Source: Nemertoderma westbladi (Eukaryota > Animalia > Xenacoelomorpha). Taken from it: a stretch of DNA of 64,000 nucleotides. The position numbers were made by a program, and so were the translations under genes. The notes beneath the pieces are model-generated. The model was not told the DNA's origin, ran no database searches, and saw only the letters and a program-made list of their open reading frames with translations. This document shows positions 1 through 12,835 of this stretch, piece after piece. How positions within the stretch are numbered: the first letter of the stretch is position 1; the number at the start of each line of letters is the position of its first letter. Location of the stretch: assembly GCA_032718475.1 (NCBI GenBank), contig JAUCBJ010002523.1, forward strand, positions 62,001 to 126,000. The letters are read 5' to 3'.

Positions 1-299
1 ACACACACATCCTTCCATCGTACCAGCATGTTAGCCAATAAATGAGCAGTATTTAATGAGAATCAATTTTTTATGACGTTTTAATTACTTTAGATCAATT
101 AAAGGCACAATTAATAAAGCAAATCACTTGAACTAATTAAAAACTATAATAGAATGGCGTATGTGGATTACATCTGTATAATTTTTAAGTATAATTATTT
201 AAATCTTATACTGTAAAACAATTAATTTCCTTTAAAAGGCAGGTTGAAAATGGTGTTTTTACCGTAATCAACTTAATTAACTAATTAACTGCTATTATC

Positions 300-569
300 T
301 TAGCTTCTCGAAGGCCACACGGAAATTCTACTTGGAAAATTTCTAAACTTTTGCCAAACAACATGTGTACCAAGTTTGGATAGATTTCATCAAAGATTGG
401 CTGAGTTATTAACGTTTAAAATTGGACGCGACAGAACGACAGAACGACAGAACGACAGGTTGATTAATGGTACCACTACGCTAAGGCTCACTCACTTCGT
501 GGCTCGCCCCACAGGTTGATTAATGGTACCACTACGCTAAGGCTCACTCACTTCGTGGCTCGCCCCACA
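300..569 (+). mobile_element. 3' part of a non-autonomous Helentron-like (HINE/DINE-1-type) element
   Basis: (ACAGAACG)n microsatellite at 431-457 followed by terminal motif CGCTAAGGCTC..CTTCGTGGCTCGCCCCACA, which also ends the element at 12358-12393. 310-430 matches 9280-9410 in reverse complement. Left boundary not defined. Confidence 0.5.
455..569. repeat. perfect 56-bp tandem duplication of the element terminus
   Basis: ACAGGTTGATTAATGGTACC...CGCCCC occurs at 455-510 and again from 511, with ACA microhomology at the junction. Confidence 0.9.
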
Positions 570-761
570 TGTTCCTATCTGTTCAACCGTAAGTAGTCAT
601 CGTTTTATTTAAGCAGGGACACAAAACGCAACCCTGTTTAAATACTGTAAGTAAAATTATCACATTGGTTACATTTTTGCATATGTGTTTCGCCGGGATT
701 TGGCTCATCAGCTACACTAACCCGTGCAGGACACATGTTAATCAAACTAACTACACCAAAA

Positions 762-997
762 CCCAGCTAAACACACACACATACATAATAAACAAAATAG
801 TATTGCATTCCAGATCAAATAAGCAATCATTTCCTTAGCAACACTATATGAGATAATTTGTCTAGCGCATGGTTGCTAATTATAATAAAAATAAAATAAT
901 AGGAAGGCATTTTATAGAACCATGTTCAGCATGATCCGGTCTCTTAAATATAATTTTGATCTGGAATGCAATACTATTTTGTGTGTGTTTAGCTGGG
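762..997. repeat. inverted repeat (foldback/MITE-like)
   Basis: CCCAGCTAAACACACAC..ACAAAATAGTATTGCATTCCAGATCAAA (762-819) is reverse-complementary to 955-997, with a ~135-bp spacer. Confidence 0.8.
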
Positions 998-1341
998 CTG
1001 CTAGGCAACATATAAACAAGGTTCACGGTGGTATACAGCATGAGTTAAGCATAAATATTATACGCACTGAAATTGAATAGTTCTCTAATAAAAATATAAG
1101 ATTTCGATATGCAGTTAGCGTGTGCAGCAAAGCTGTTCCCTAAAATTACGTACAAGTTCAACAATCGTTCTATTAGAAACACAACATTGAGTTTTTTCGG
1201 AAATTTGCATGGAGAAGGGCATTATACAATCTTTCAACCATCAAAGGTTATGTCGGCATCAAATACTCCCTACATACAATTAAATGTGATAAACAATCTA
1301 ACTAAATTTAAACGAAATTAATTAAGGGTAGATCAACTTCC

Positions 1342-2377
1342 TCATATAAAACAATAAAGTTCGTTGAGTTCTGCTTCACGTCGCTGCTGTTCAATTTCGA
1401 TGTCATCTTCCGCTAGTTTCTCAGCAATACGTGCATTTTCATCGTCCTCGGCAGCTCTCCTCGCAGAATCTGCTAGTGCCTTTTCATATACTATTCTGTT
1501 CTGCTCAACTATCTCAGCCTCTTCCCGTAAACTGTCTGCTTCCACGATGAGTCTCTCAGCTTCTTCCAACTTACGCTATTCTACTTCTTGTTCTACTGGT
1601 TGTACTTACCGATGTTACACCACTTCAATTAATACTAGCTGTTCGGCTAGTCCGCCTTACCTGTGAGACTGCACCATCTTGTTCCTCCTGGTCAGTCTAT
1701 ATATTTGTTGTAATAGGTAATGAATGTCCAGGCAATACTACACCATGTCGCATCATTAAATAGCTAGTTAACTGTGTTATATAGTGATCGAATGTACCAC
1801 CTCAGATATACATATTCGTTCAATCTGTTCATCAGGCAGATAATCTGATCTAGGACCCTCACTTCGATCTCTTCTGAGTAGTCTAAACCGCTCTGCTAAT
1901 TGAGTGTAATTAAATCTACTGCTAGCTAGTCTATCATATAACTGCATTACAGTATCTGTCTCCCGCTGTTTACAAGCATGAAGCACTAAACCTTCGCAGA
2001 GCTAACATCTGTGGTCTCACCACAAAATCTAAATTACTCTGAAGATTTAATAAATCATCACGACTGAGTAAGGTTCCCTCGCTGATTAATATTTTGCTTA
2101 CCCTGTTTATTACTCTAGTTATAGCACCCATATGACCTCCTGCACTTTTACTAATAGTAGGACCCTCAATACCTACGCTACCTACATCTGCAGGTATCGA
2201 GTCTAGGTTTTCACTAGTAATACTAGATTCGGGTATAATATAGTCAGGATTAGCCACTAAGTTAATGTCGGTGGAATGTTCTCCCCTATTCCCCACATTG
2301 TCTGTCGGCGGTGGTTGTTCCGCCGCTGAGTCATAGCTATAATTTATCCGTGGGTTGATGTTCGAAGGAACACTCAT
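1342..2377 (-). pseudogene. degenerate Gag-like remnant, possibly BEL/Pao LTR retrotransposon
   Basis: Three consecutive broken ORFs (1970-2377, 1777-1986, 1342-1569). KSAGGHMGAITRVINRVSKIL followed by an E/A/R coiled coil resembles BEL-type Gag N-termini. No zinc knuckle or Pol is seen. Confidence 0.35.
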
Positions 2378-3216
2378 GTTGGAATTTCTATGGTCTGTTC
2401 GTAAGAGTCAGTCAGAGTTTATTCCAATAAGAAATAAATAATCAAACAAACTTTGCTGTATATAACAGCTTATATATGTAGGCCTATCTACTAATTTATT
2501 TAAATAATATATTTAAATATTATTTAAAAATATCTCAAACTATACAGCACACACAAGCACAAACACGCTAACACTGCGCCACAACAAATGGAAAGGAAAG
2601 ATCTCAAATTTCAAAATCAGTATTACAAAGAAATATAACTGAATGATCAGCCGAAAAAAAATCATTAGTCTCATAGATACAACAACGCAACTAAACCTTA
2701 GAGAAACGTTTAGTCCACACCACGTGCCAATCTTCGGGAAAGCGTCGGAATCTAAAAACGTAAAACTCAGACTTCCGACAAAATGCACCAATCTCGCAGA
2801 CGTCCACGGATCTCAGAATCAGATGGATGATCTCCCGATGTACCAATAAGGCGAATAGAAACTTTAGACGATTGGCTGGATTTTTAATTATAATTAAATA
2901 AGACAAAATATATAAATGTAAATATCCTTCTAGATCTAGATATCTAGATCTTCTAGATATCTTTCCTTCTAGAGGCAATAAAAAACAAAACGATTAATAA
3001 ATTTTACAAAATATATCATTACTGTTGTGTTCTCCAGCAAAACAATTCACTGTTTTTATATTATCTCCAATTAACAACCTCACAGGCAAAACTGGTTCCC
3101 GAAGAGTTGCCAAGACTAAATTGAGAACGCTGCTATCGCAGGTGTGGAATGGGTCTTATGTTGGGTGCTCTGGGTCCACCTAATCGTTTGTTATTTACTG
3201 TTTTCTAATGAGAATT

Positions 3217-3676
3217 ACCGGGGGGGGGGGGGGGGGGGACTTTTGGGGACATAAAGTTTGGAAGCATATAACTTTGTGTGGTGTGATGATATTACTTTAA
3301 AGTAAAAAGTTTTAGATACAAAATTTATTCCTCTTTTCAAATATGCCACACACTAATGCTCAAATATAATATTTATATACTATAATTATGTTTAAATTGA
3401 ACAACATCCATTTATATTTCATAATCATTTTAAATTTCCCTCCTACAATAGTTCAGCCAATAATATGACAGTTTCAGAGACAGGTCAGTTTACGTGTCAT
3501 TTTTATGGCCATAAATAATAATATGAAAATTAATTTTTGTTTTAAGATAAAGAATAATAAATTTTAGGAAAAGTAACGGAATTTCACTTGCAATAAATGT
3601 GGTTTGGCTTTGAACCAAGCAATCAAATAAAGTGCGTCTCCAAAGGTCCCCCCCCCCCCCCCCGGTATGGATAGGG
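3217..3676. mobile_element. piggyBac-type MITE inserted at a TTAA of an RTE copy (left tip lost)
   Basis: Subterminal inverted repeats TACCG(G)nACTTTTGGGGAC / GTCTCCAAAGGTC(C)nGGTA. Right end ATAGGG then TTAA (3677-3680), which corresponds to the TTAA in RTE-A sequence AAAC-TTAA-GGTCC. Confidence 0.65.
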
Positions 3677-3680
3677 TTAA

Positions 3681-4155
3681 GGTCCGATTATTTAGAGCAG
3701 CAGTAGTTCCAGTACTCCTATATGGGAGTCCATGCTGGGCTCTAACTGCTGAGGACACCAAATCTCAGGATGACACATTCACAAGAATGCTACGCCGGGT
3801 TCATTGTGTCAAGTACAATGCACACATCTCCAACCAGACACTATATAACATTGGAGGTGTCTCATTGGTTCCCCCAAGCTTGACACTAGAACAAAATCGC
3901 CTCCGCTTTGCAGGACAGTGCTTTCGCCGTGAGGACCAGCCAGTGCATAATCTTGTACTTTGGCAGCCTCATGGAGTGAATAAGCATGGTGGACAGCCCA
4001 TGACTTTCTTGAGACGCATATTAAAGGACACTGGCCTTGAAGATGCGGATGATCTAGCAAATGTCATGGGTGATGTTGTGGCGGTGCAATTTTGTCGATA
4101 AGCCGGCACAGCATTCTTAAAAATGCACCTGCAATGCAGCATGCCGATCCTAGTA
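3681..4155 (+). mobile_element. RTE LINE family A, 3' fragment
   Basis: KVRLFRAAVVPVLLYGSPCWALT...RLRFAG, near-identical to 54015-54484. Confidence 0.9.
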
Positions 4156-4448
4156 GTTGCCTATGGTAGCGAATAGGGAAGGATTTTCTCTGTATCATAG
4201 CAACGTTGTATAATTATTTAACTCTAGCTAGCTGGGAAGACAGGTAGCAAGCTGGTTGGAGTGTGGGGTTAGCGACGAAAGTAAGCAGGCTTAGCATACA
4301 GGTACCACTAACTCAATCGGTGTGTCTGTTGTTCTGTTGCTCTGTCGATCTGTTGATCTGTCGATCTTTATATTGTATTTATTCCAAGCCACGGGGGCCC
4401 ATAGTAAAATTATGTTATATTATTATATTTATTATTATTATTATTATA

Positions 4449-5216
4449 TTATGTTATATTAACGTATGCACTATCTGTGTCATCGTTGACACAGTTAAAT
4501 AAACTCTGGAAATGATTCTTCCACATGTTAGCGATGTTAACAGGGCCAACATCATCTCCTATTCTAGTAGGTAACGGACACTTATCAGTTGTATGGCTGC
4601 GCACCTGTGACCAAAAATGTTTAGTGGAAGAATTATTTAGTAAAGCCTCCGCCATTTTATCATGTTTGATCTTAGATGCATTGCGTTTGCAATGCCTCAT
4701 AGCATGCTTATACCGTGCTTTCGCGCGTAAATATTCTGAAAACACATTGCCTTGACGTGGTGACCCACAATTTCGCCAAAGTTTAAAAGCAGATAGTGAT
4801 TTTTTGTATAAATCCTTTACATGGTCATTCCATCCTGGAATATGGCAGTGGCTGTTTGGTGTATCATTTTTATTATTCTTATTATCACCTCCAGAATGTT
4901 TAATAAAATATAAACTAGCACTACTTAACACGTTAGTTATATTGTTATATAACATGTCAATATCAGAATGGTGACATTTGCAACCAGTGTCGTTGCAATT
5001 TGTCAGATTTACCATGTCCTCGGATGCCATGACCTCACCAAGCATAAAGTTTACATGGCCAGCGTAATCGCTAGTTTTACTTGAGCTATGTTCCCAATCG
5101 AAGTGGACTGGGGGGGGATTTGGTATACTTTCAGATCCTGTGTCGGTGCCCCCACTAGGTGGTAGGGACGCCGCTATACCAAGCTGCGTTAACAGTGGCA
5201 TATGGTCTGATACTGA
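4449..5216 (-). pseudogene. remainder of host LINE ORF2 (SDH motif and post-endonuclease linker)
   Basis: Removing the insertion plus one TSD restores the reading IYNLSVSDHMPLL. The ORF stops before the RT domain. Confidence 0.85.
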
Positions 5217-7096
5217 TATATTTGTATATTTACTTCAACATGTACACAAAAGTACAATTGTTGATTGTAACATAGTCAAAACTTATTGCACCAGATGAGT
5301 ATAATAATAATAACCCTTCACCAGAGAAGGAACTAGTGTATCTCAGAAGGCATATTGTATTTAGTGTAGTTATACTTAAATTGAATTGTAACTACGTCTA
5401 GAGTGTATGTTAATTTTGGCCTAAAATTATGGAGCGAAGTGAAAACGCGTTGTACAAAAACAGGGAGAGATTTTTAACTATTGTTGGATCGGTGTACTGT
5501 AGAATCCTACGGTATTTGTACATAGATGGGAACCTACTGTATTGGGGTGGCAGGTATTGTTCGCGTAAGCTACTGTATATTGGGCATTCGAGAAGGAAGT
5601 GGTATTCTGATTCAATACGCCCCAAGTTGCATACTGGACATAGCCTGTTCAACCGTGGGATATTGTACCAGCGTCCTTCTTCGATTTTTAATCTATGTGA
5701 AGTGCATCGGAAACTAGCTATTGTACGTTTCAGAGTGGGGTAATTTTTAAGAACTATAAGGTACGGTTCGGTTCGAAATGTATCTTTGACATAAAAGTCG
5801 CCTTTTGGGGAATTCTCTAGGGTTGACCACCAATTTTGGATAACTGACTCTGTAGCGTATCCCTCACCTTTGCTAGGAACTCCCTCCCGTTTGGTACTGA
5901 TTGCGCTTCCCAAGCCCAAGAAAATCCCAAATTATTAAGTGTATCCCGAACCCCTGACGTCCAATTTGGAACCCTTTGAGAATTAAGCCCTTCCACTGAT
6001 ATGAGATATACCCGTTTTACTAATCTATATGATGGCAATGACAATAATCGTAACCAGAATTTTATAATCCCAATGGTTCGGTCAATTGTCAACGGGAAGA
6101 CACCGGTTTCTCCATAGACTATAAAGTCTGGCGTTGAAGTTTTCACACCCAAAACATTTTTCAGAAATTTCAGCTGTAGTTTTTCTGTGTCCCTCCCTTT
6201 TGTGAATCCCCATACCTCAGATCCATACAGCAAAATAGGCTTAATCAAACTGTTAAAGAGATGTCGTTTTAGGTCAAAACCGATGTTTGGGAATGAGTTC
6301 ATATAGCGGCAGAGCGTGTAGTAAGATTTGTTTGCCTTCTCAGTCAATATTTCTTGAGCCTTAATAAATTTTCCTGTTGAAGTAAAGGTAATTCCAAGGT
6401 ACGTGTAATGAGGTACAACTTTCATACCTACTCCTTTATATGTCCAAGTTTCATGTGCCGCTTGGGTGCCCCCTTGTCTAAATATAACAATATTTGATTT
6501 AGTCAAATTTACAGTCAGCCCCCAAAAAGTACAGTAGCAACCTAGAGTATCAAGTGAAGCTTGCAACCCCGCCACAGTATTAGCCAGTAGAACAATGTCA
6601 TCTGCAAAAAGTAGCAGATAGAGTTTAAATAAGCCAACGTCTACACCAGTGGCATTTCCTTTGCTCAGCTCAGCTTCTAAATCGTTAATGAACAAAACGA
6701 ATAGAAAAGGGCTAAGGCATTCGCCCTGCCTGACTCCAACTAGACAGTTAAAGGAATCCGACATATTGTCCCCCCAGATGACTCTTGTTTTGGCAGCGGC
6801 GTACATACTTTTTATTATTTTATAAACTTTCCCTGAAAATCCCAATGCATTAAGTTTAAACCATAGAGCACTTCTATCAATCATATCAAATGCCTTCTGC
6901 AGATCTATGAAGGCGCAATAAAACTTACAACCTTTGGATTTATTTAAGTACTGCGTTATCAGGTTGCTAAGTATAAATAACTGGTCAGTCGTCCTGTAAC
7001 CAGTGCGAAAACCAGCCTGGGAATCAATAATTATTCCAAAGGCATCCTCCCACCACTGTAAGCGTGCGTTTATAGCCGCTGTAAACAACTTTCAAG
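5217..7096 (-). mobile_element. 5'-truncated LINE (RTEX-like) with 9-bp TSD TGATACTGA
   Basis: RT ORF 5817-7088 (QAGFR, FIDLQKAFD, GVRQGECLSP, LFADD) plus frameshifted C-terminus 5410-5919 (SHRLKIEEGRW..RLCPVC..EYHFLLECP). TSD at 5208-5216 and 7097-7105. Confidence 0.9.
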
Positions 7097-7789
7097 TGAT
7101 ACTGACAAGTTATATATAATTTCCACATTGGATACTAAGTCTACACAAGATGGCGAGCACAAAACATGGTCAAGCCAGGATGTTGAACCATGTGCATCGC
7201 TAATGTAGGTAAAACTATTAGGAGGCAAAATATTTACATCATAGATACATGAATTTACAGAACAGCACCAGTCAGAGAGTTCGGTGTACCTAAAGCGTTT
7301 AGGGTCGGCATTAAAATCTCCGATTAGACAACAATGTGAGTACTTTGTTGTTTGTAAAATGGAAGTTAATTTACCCAAACATTCACTATAAATGTTATGG
7401 TTTTCAGGGCAGTCATACGGGAGATATACATTAATAATTAGTAAAGTCTCACCGTTGTCTAATTGTATTCGAATGCCATACATGCGTGATTCATTAAAAT
7501 CTAAAATTTCCACTGCGTGGTCTAAAGACTCACGCCATAAAAATGCCAGCCCACCCTTAGGCCTACCCTGAAGCAGACCGTCAGAGTAATCACCAGCTGA
7601 TAATCCGCGGGCTAGAAAGTTTTTATTTATAGTAGCCAAAAATCCCAATTCCTGCTTTGGTAACTGAGTTTCTTGGAGCAGTACGATATCACAATTATTG
7701 CACAGTTTATTTATAACCACTTGAGATTCAGGAGTACGAACTGAATTGCAGTTATAGCTGATGATATTTAAATTAGATATATTAGCCAT
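7097..7789 (-). pseudogene. AP endonuclease domain of LINE ORF2 (interrupted just before the SDH motif)
   Basis: SYNCNS, DIVLLQET, GRPKGGLAFLW, NVYLP, IGDFNA and SWLDHVL motifs. Confidence 0.9.
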
Positions 7790-8098
7790 TTTTTTGTCAT
7801 AAAAATATCATTTATATTATACAAAAATAATAACAATATTAAAAAGAAAAAAAGGAAATATTATATATATTGGTATATATATATATCTAAAAATATTCTA
7901 AAAATAATCTGGCATTATTTATCCTGACCAAGCTCAGACTCAGGCTCAGACTCTGACTCTCCGGCCGTGACGCTTGTTTCAGTACCCTGGGTTCCAGTGC
8001 CCAAAGCCGCGTACCGGTTCGCATCAGCGATTACTGCGTTACTGTTTCCCACAGGAGGACTACCCGCAGTTGTAGCAGTAGAGTCTGGAACAGCTGTA

Positions 8099-9166
8099 TT
8101 AAATCCCGTTGCGACGCGCACTAGTGGCGCGGGGCCTTGTTTCAAAGTCGCGAATCCTCGAATAGAGTGGCCAGATACTTGGATCCAAGAGTAGAGAACG
8201 TTGATCCTCCGAACACGTTATTAAAAACGACCGAACGGGAGACTCTGCCTTTGATATGCTGTAGCAGGTGACGTCAGCAAACCCAAGAGAGTTTTTTACA
8301 TGATCGAGGATAACTGCGGGATCAACATCAGGATGACATCCTGTAAGGAAGAGTTTACGAGAAGGTTGAACCGTATGGAACCCCCCCGTACCAGTGGAGG
8401 AACCTTGAACAAAGGAAGGCGCATTGGAATTGTTCGCGCCTCTTCTCACACGAGCCGCCACCGCTTGTTTCCGTGGAGGATCACGCTTCGGACGACGATA
8501 GGTGACGAGGGTATAATTATCATCGCTCGGTTGTGGATCATCACTTGGATTACGAATTACAGCAGCACTGTAGTTGCCACTGCCAGACACAGCCACACTG
8601 GTCGTGTTCGGGACAGCGGGCGCCGCCGCCGGACTATGGGTCGATTCGGCACCCGATTCGGCTCGCTCCTGTGGCAGCATCGGCACCGCACCATACGCCG
8701 CATGACTGCAGCTAGGGCGAGCCTCGAGAACAGCCAGACGATCCTGCATTACACTCATACGGTTAAGCAGCAGTGCAGTGTCCGCGTGACTAATGGCAAA
8801 GGGAGGAATGACGGATAGATCCTTAGGTATGAACTGGGGAAGGTGATCGCCATCCGGCCGATTAATATATCCCGCGTAATCGAAGATATCCAGGATATCT
8901 CCTACCGTATTCTTGCGAAAAAGATCGCCTGACTGTCGTGATTTAACAAACGACTGCTTGTTCTTTTCTCTGTCGCTAACTGGTATCTTGGATAACAGGA
9001 TACTTTTGGCGTCCTTGAACATGACATCGGAGAATCGTGGCCACGATTGCACTATATATATAATCGAGTCCCGTGTGTAGCCTTTTGTGTGGGACGTCCA
9101 TAAGTAAGACAGAACATCGCTCTCCACATGACTACACGGCACGGATGCTGCCGTCATTGCGTGCAA
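8099..9166 (-). CDS. LINE ORF1 protein (355 aa)
   Basis: Long GC-rich ORF upstream of the APE. It has N-terminal DAKSILL..DILDIF..LPQFIPKDLSVIPP and a C-terminal RRM-like KLFLTGCHP..SFLITC..LLDPSIWP motif typical of ORF1. Confidence 0.75.
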   Translation of the reverse strand: MHAMTAASVPCSHVESDVLSYLWTSHTKGYTRDSIIYIVQSWPRFSDVMFKDAKSILLSKIPVSDREKNKQSFVKSRQSGDLFRKNTVGDILDIFDYAGYINRPDGDHLPQFIPKDLSVIPPFAISHADTALLLNRMSVMQDRLAVLEARPSCSHAAYGAVPMLPQERAESGAESTHSPAAAPAVPNTTSVAVSGSGNYSAAVIRNPSDDPQPSDDNYTLVTYRRPKRDPPRKQAVAARVRRGANNSNAPSFVQGSSTGTGGFHTVQPSRKLFLTGCHPDVDPAVILDHVKNSLGFADVTCYSISKAESPVRSFLITCSEDQRSLLLDPSIWPLYSRIRDFETRPRATSARRNGI

Positions 9167-9675
9167 TCAGGAATGAAGCCTGATGCAGTGATTTTACTGC
9201 TGTACTATCTGACTGTTGCTCTGTTAGGCCTATATCTGTACAGCTGTACAGATGTGTAATGTTTTCAATAGATATCTGGATCTGTTGTGTCCAATTTTAA
9301 ACGTTAATAACTCAGCCAAATGTTAATGAAATTTAACCAAACTTGATACACATGTAGTCTGGCCAAAGTTTAGAAATTTTCCAAGTTGAATTTGCGTGGG
9401 GTCTTCGTGCAGCATCTGTGTAACTGTCTTACAGTTATAATAAATTTATTTTCCCAAAAATTATTAGGCTTGGCATCAGCTGGTTGCTAGGAGACTAAAT
9501 CATACCATTGTGGCCTGTCTGCCTGTACCGGAACTATACTCAGCCTGCTTACTTTCGTCGCTAACCCCACACTCCAACCAGCTTGCTACCTGTCTTCCCA
9601 GCTAGCTAGAGTTAAATAATTATACAACGTTGCTATGATACAGAGAAAATCCTTCCCTATTCGCTACCATAGGCA

Positions 9676-10714
9676 ACTACTAGGATCGGCATGCTGCATT
9701 GCAGCTGCATTTTTAAGAATGCTGTGCCGGCTTATCGACAAAATTGCACCGCCACAACTCCCTATCACCCATGACATTTGCTAGATCATCCGCATTTTCA
9801 AGGCTAGTGTCCTTTAAGATGCGTCTCAAGTCATGGGCTGTCCACCATGCTTATTCACTCTCATGAGGCTGCCAAAGTACAAGATTATGCACTGGCTGGT
9901 ACTCACGGCGAAAGCAATGTCCTGCAAAGCGGAGGCGATTTTGTTCTAGTGTCAAGCTTGGGGGAACCATTGAGACACCTCCAATGTTATATAGTGTCTG
10001 GTTGGAGATGTGTGCATTGTACTTGACACAATGAACCCGGTGTAGCATTGTTGTGAATGCGCCATCCAGAGATTTGGTGTCTCCAGCAGTTAGAGCCCAG
10101 CATGGACTCCCATAGAGGAGTACTGGAACTACTGCTGCTCTAAATAACCGGACCTTAAGTTTCCGATTAATTCTCGGTGACTTCCAAATCCTGGAAAGCC
10201 TATTCAAGGCTGCCCATGCCTTTCCCTTACGCATTCGAAGGTCCTCACCTGACTTCCGGATCCATGATACCAGGTAACAGAAGTCATCCACATGCTCAAG
10301 CATACCATCTTTTGAGCTTATGCTCATCCGATCAGAGACTTGCTGAGGACTTTCAAAGTTAACTGTCAAAATTTTGGTCTTTCTGGAGTTAATAAAAAGA
10401 CCAACACTAGAAGCAGCATGTTCTAATGAGCTGAGGAGCCGTTGGGCTCCCTCTAGTGATTCTTAGAGTACTCCTAAGTCATCAGCAAAGTCTAGATCAG
10501 TTAGGTACTTGGCAGGATTTCCTCGACTTCTGGAGCCAGTAGGTGGAGTTATCATCACCCCATCATCATTGTGGTGATCTAAGGACATGCGTAGAACATA
10601 GTCAACAACAATTATGAACAAGAATGGTGCAAGTGTGTCTCCCTGGAGGACGCCCCATGACACTTCAAATGGTTCTGTGTCACCGTCAACAGTAGACACA
10701 AATGTTGTCGAACC
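9676..10714 (-). mobile_element. RTE LINE family A, 5'-truncated copy
   Basis: GVLQGDTLAPFLF, DLDFADDL and C-terminal domain; premature stop present; matches 53485-54484. Confidence 0.92.
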
Positions 10715-11076
10715 ATCAGTTAAAACCTGGTGGTTTTCCCTCAATATCCGGAACATAGTATGTATATTGATCGCTGAATAATGAGTTATAATTGACTGAA
10801 TATTATTGATGTTTGATACTGATTGACTATTAAATGTTACGCTATACTGACCAGTATGTAGTAGGTACAAATTAGTTCGCTATCCTATCTGATGTAATTG
10901 CACAAGTAGTTGAATATTGAGTTACAATGAGTTATATACCCACAACCGATATTGGTTTGGCTATTGCCTGTACCATACTAGGCTGTGATTGGACCACCAC
11001 TGCATCTGCTGATTTGTGTGCAGCTGCCAATGTGGCCCTTTCTCTAACTACAGGGTGTGTCATATATTCCTACATA

Positions 11077-12228
11077 CACGAAGTGGGGCCTTCGCGCAGC
11101 ACGTGAAATGAGTTAATGCTAAGTATCAACTCGAAAGGATTATAAAAACATAGGAGAAGATTTTCCCGGAAAACGTTAACCCTCTAGCGGGAGACTGGGT
11201 AACTGAAGAAGGAAGGATTAGTTTCCCTACAAAGCCACAGCCTATGGTCTATTACATATCTACCAAGTTTCCGATTGACGGATCATAAATAACGAAATGT
11301 TGGAAGGTTTTCACTTTCATACATTTAGCCCTCTAGCGGCATATTAAAGAACTACGGATCGATCACCTTCCTCACAAAGACGAGGCATGTGGTCTAGTAC
11401 ACACCGGTACTGTATATTCCAAAATTCAGCTTAAATAGATTAAGATCAAGGAATTCGCGAAGGTTATCACTTTCCTACATTTCGCCCTCTAGCGGCAGAC
11501 TCGAAAACTCCGGACCGATTACTGTCCACACAAAGACTTAGGATGTCTTCTAGTACATATATGACAAGTTTCAGCATAATCAGATCATAAACAACTAAAT
11601 GGAAGAATAATTTCACTTTCGGGACATTTCGCCCTCTAGCGGCAGACTGGAGAACTGCAGACAGATTAGCCTCCTTTGAAATTTACAGCTAATGGTCTAG
11701 TACATACTTCCCAAGTTTCAGCTTAAACGGATTAAAAGCAAAGAAATGGGTGGCCATTTAATGTTTAGACATGTGGCCCTCTACCGGCAGACTGGAAAAC
11801 TTCGGACCGATTACAATCCACACAAAGACTCAGGATGTCATCTAGTACATATGTGACAAGTTTCAGCGTAATCAGATCATAAACAACTAAATGGAAGAAT
11901 AATTTCACATTCGGGACATTTCGCCCTCTAGCGGCAGACTGGAGAACTGCAGATGGATTCGCCTCCTTTGAAAGTCACAGCTAATGGTCTAATACATATC
12001 TGCCAAGTTTCAGCTTAAACGGATTAAAAGCAAAGAAATGGGAGGGCATTTAATGTTTAGACATGTGGCCCTCTAGCGGGAGACCATTGCACTGATGGTG
12101 TCTGAAAGTCTCTCAAAAATCTCAACTTTTGCTCATATTGATACCTACAAATTTTCAACTTGGCAGCTTTAAATCCGACAAAGTTATTAGCATGTCAAAA
12201 TCGTAACGACGACGACGACGACGACGAC

Positions 12229-12267
<39 letters not shown>

Positions 12268-12393
12268 AACGACGACGACGACGACGACGATGACGACGAC
12301 AACGACGACGACGACAACTATTTGCATAAATTGACCCACCCCCTAACAGTGTCAATTCGCTAAGGCTCCGCCAACTTCGTGGCTCGCCCCACA
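11077..12393 (+). mobile_element. non-autonomous Helentron-like (HINE) element with internal ~148-bp tandem array and (GAC)n
   Basis: Imperfect subterminal inverted repeats CACGAAGT..GCCTTCGCG (11077-11096) / CGCTAAGGC..ACTTCGTG (12358-12381). Seven CCCTCTA(G/C)CGG-anchored units ~148 bp apart. Microsatellite near the 3' end. Confidence 0.6.
12205..12318. repeat. (GAC)n microsatellite with periodic AAC interruptions
   Basis: Directly visible. Confidence 0.97.
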
Positions 12394-12835
12394 TTATTGC
12401 ACAATATAAGTTTCCCATGTGAGTTAATGAGGCTACTTTCCCCTGCTTGTGTAATAAGTTTGGTACTGACCAAACCTAATACTTTCTTGGGTTGCCAACT
12501 TTGTATTGGCTTCCCCTGCCACTGGCCGCATTCCTGTATTGCTTAAATTTCCTTAGTAGCTTTCGGTCGCTACCATGACAGTATTAGAATATATCTTTAA
12601 AGTTAAGTTACCTCTTCCCCAGCATATTTTACCTTATTTTGTCTTCAATATTAATAATGAAGCAGCATTTGTTACGTCTAATTGTTATGGACTTCCGTCG
12701 AGTGTTGAAAGCCCTTATCTGATTCCCGAGTGCATCTCTAGTTGAATCTACCTTCCTTATCACAATCACTCTGGGTTCGGACAGTACGGAAGCCCACAGG
12801 GGCCACTCTACTTCACACATAATATTTGCTCTCAG

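Larger units (their letters stand above)
4347..9276 (-). mobile_element. two-ORF non-LTR retrotransposon (Proto2-like), RT internally deleted, interrupted by a second LINE
   Basis: ORF1 at 8099-9166; APE at 7097-7789; continuation at 4449-5216 (IPGWNDHVK..W...GSPRQG..RAKARYKHAMRHCK); 3' end GGAATAAATACAATATAAA near 4347-4365. Clade name is from motif recall only. Confidence 0.7.

Noticed and set aside
12155-12418. Poly-Arg and poly-Asp ORFs
   Set aside because: Translations of the (GAC)n microsatellite.
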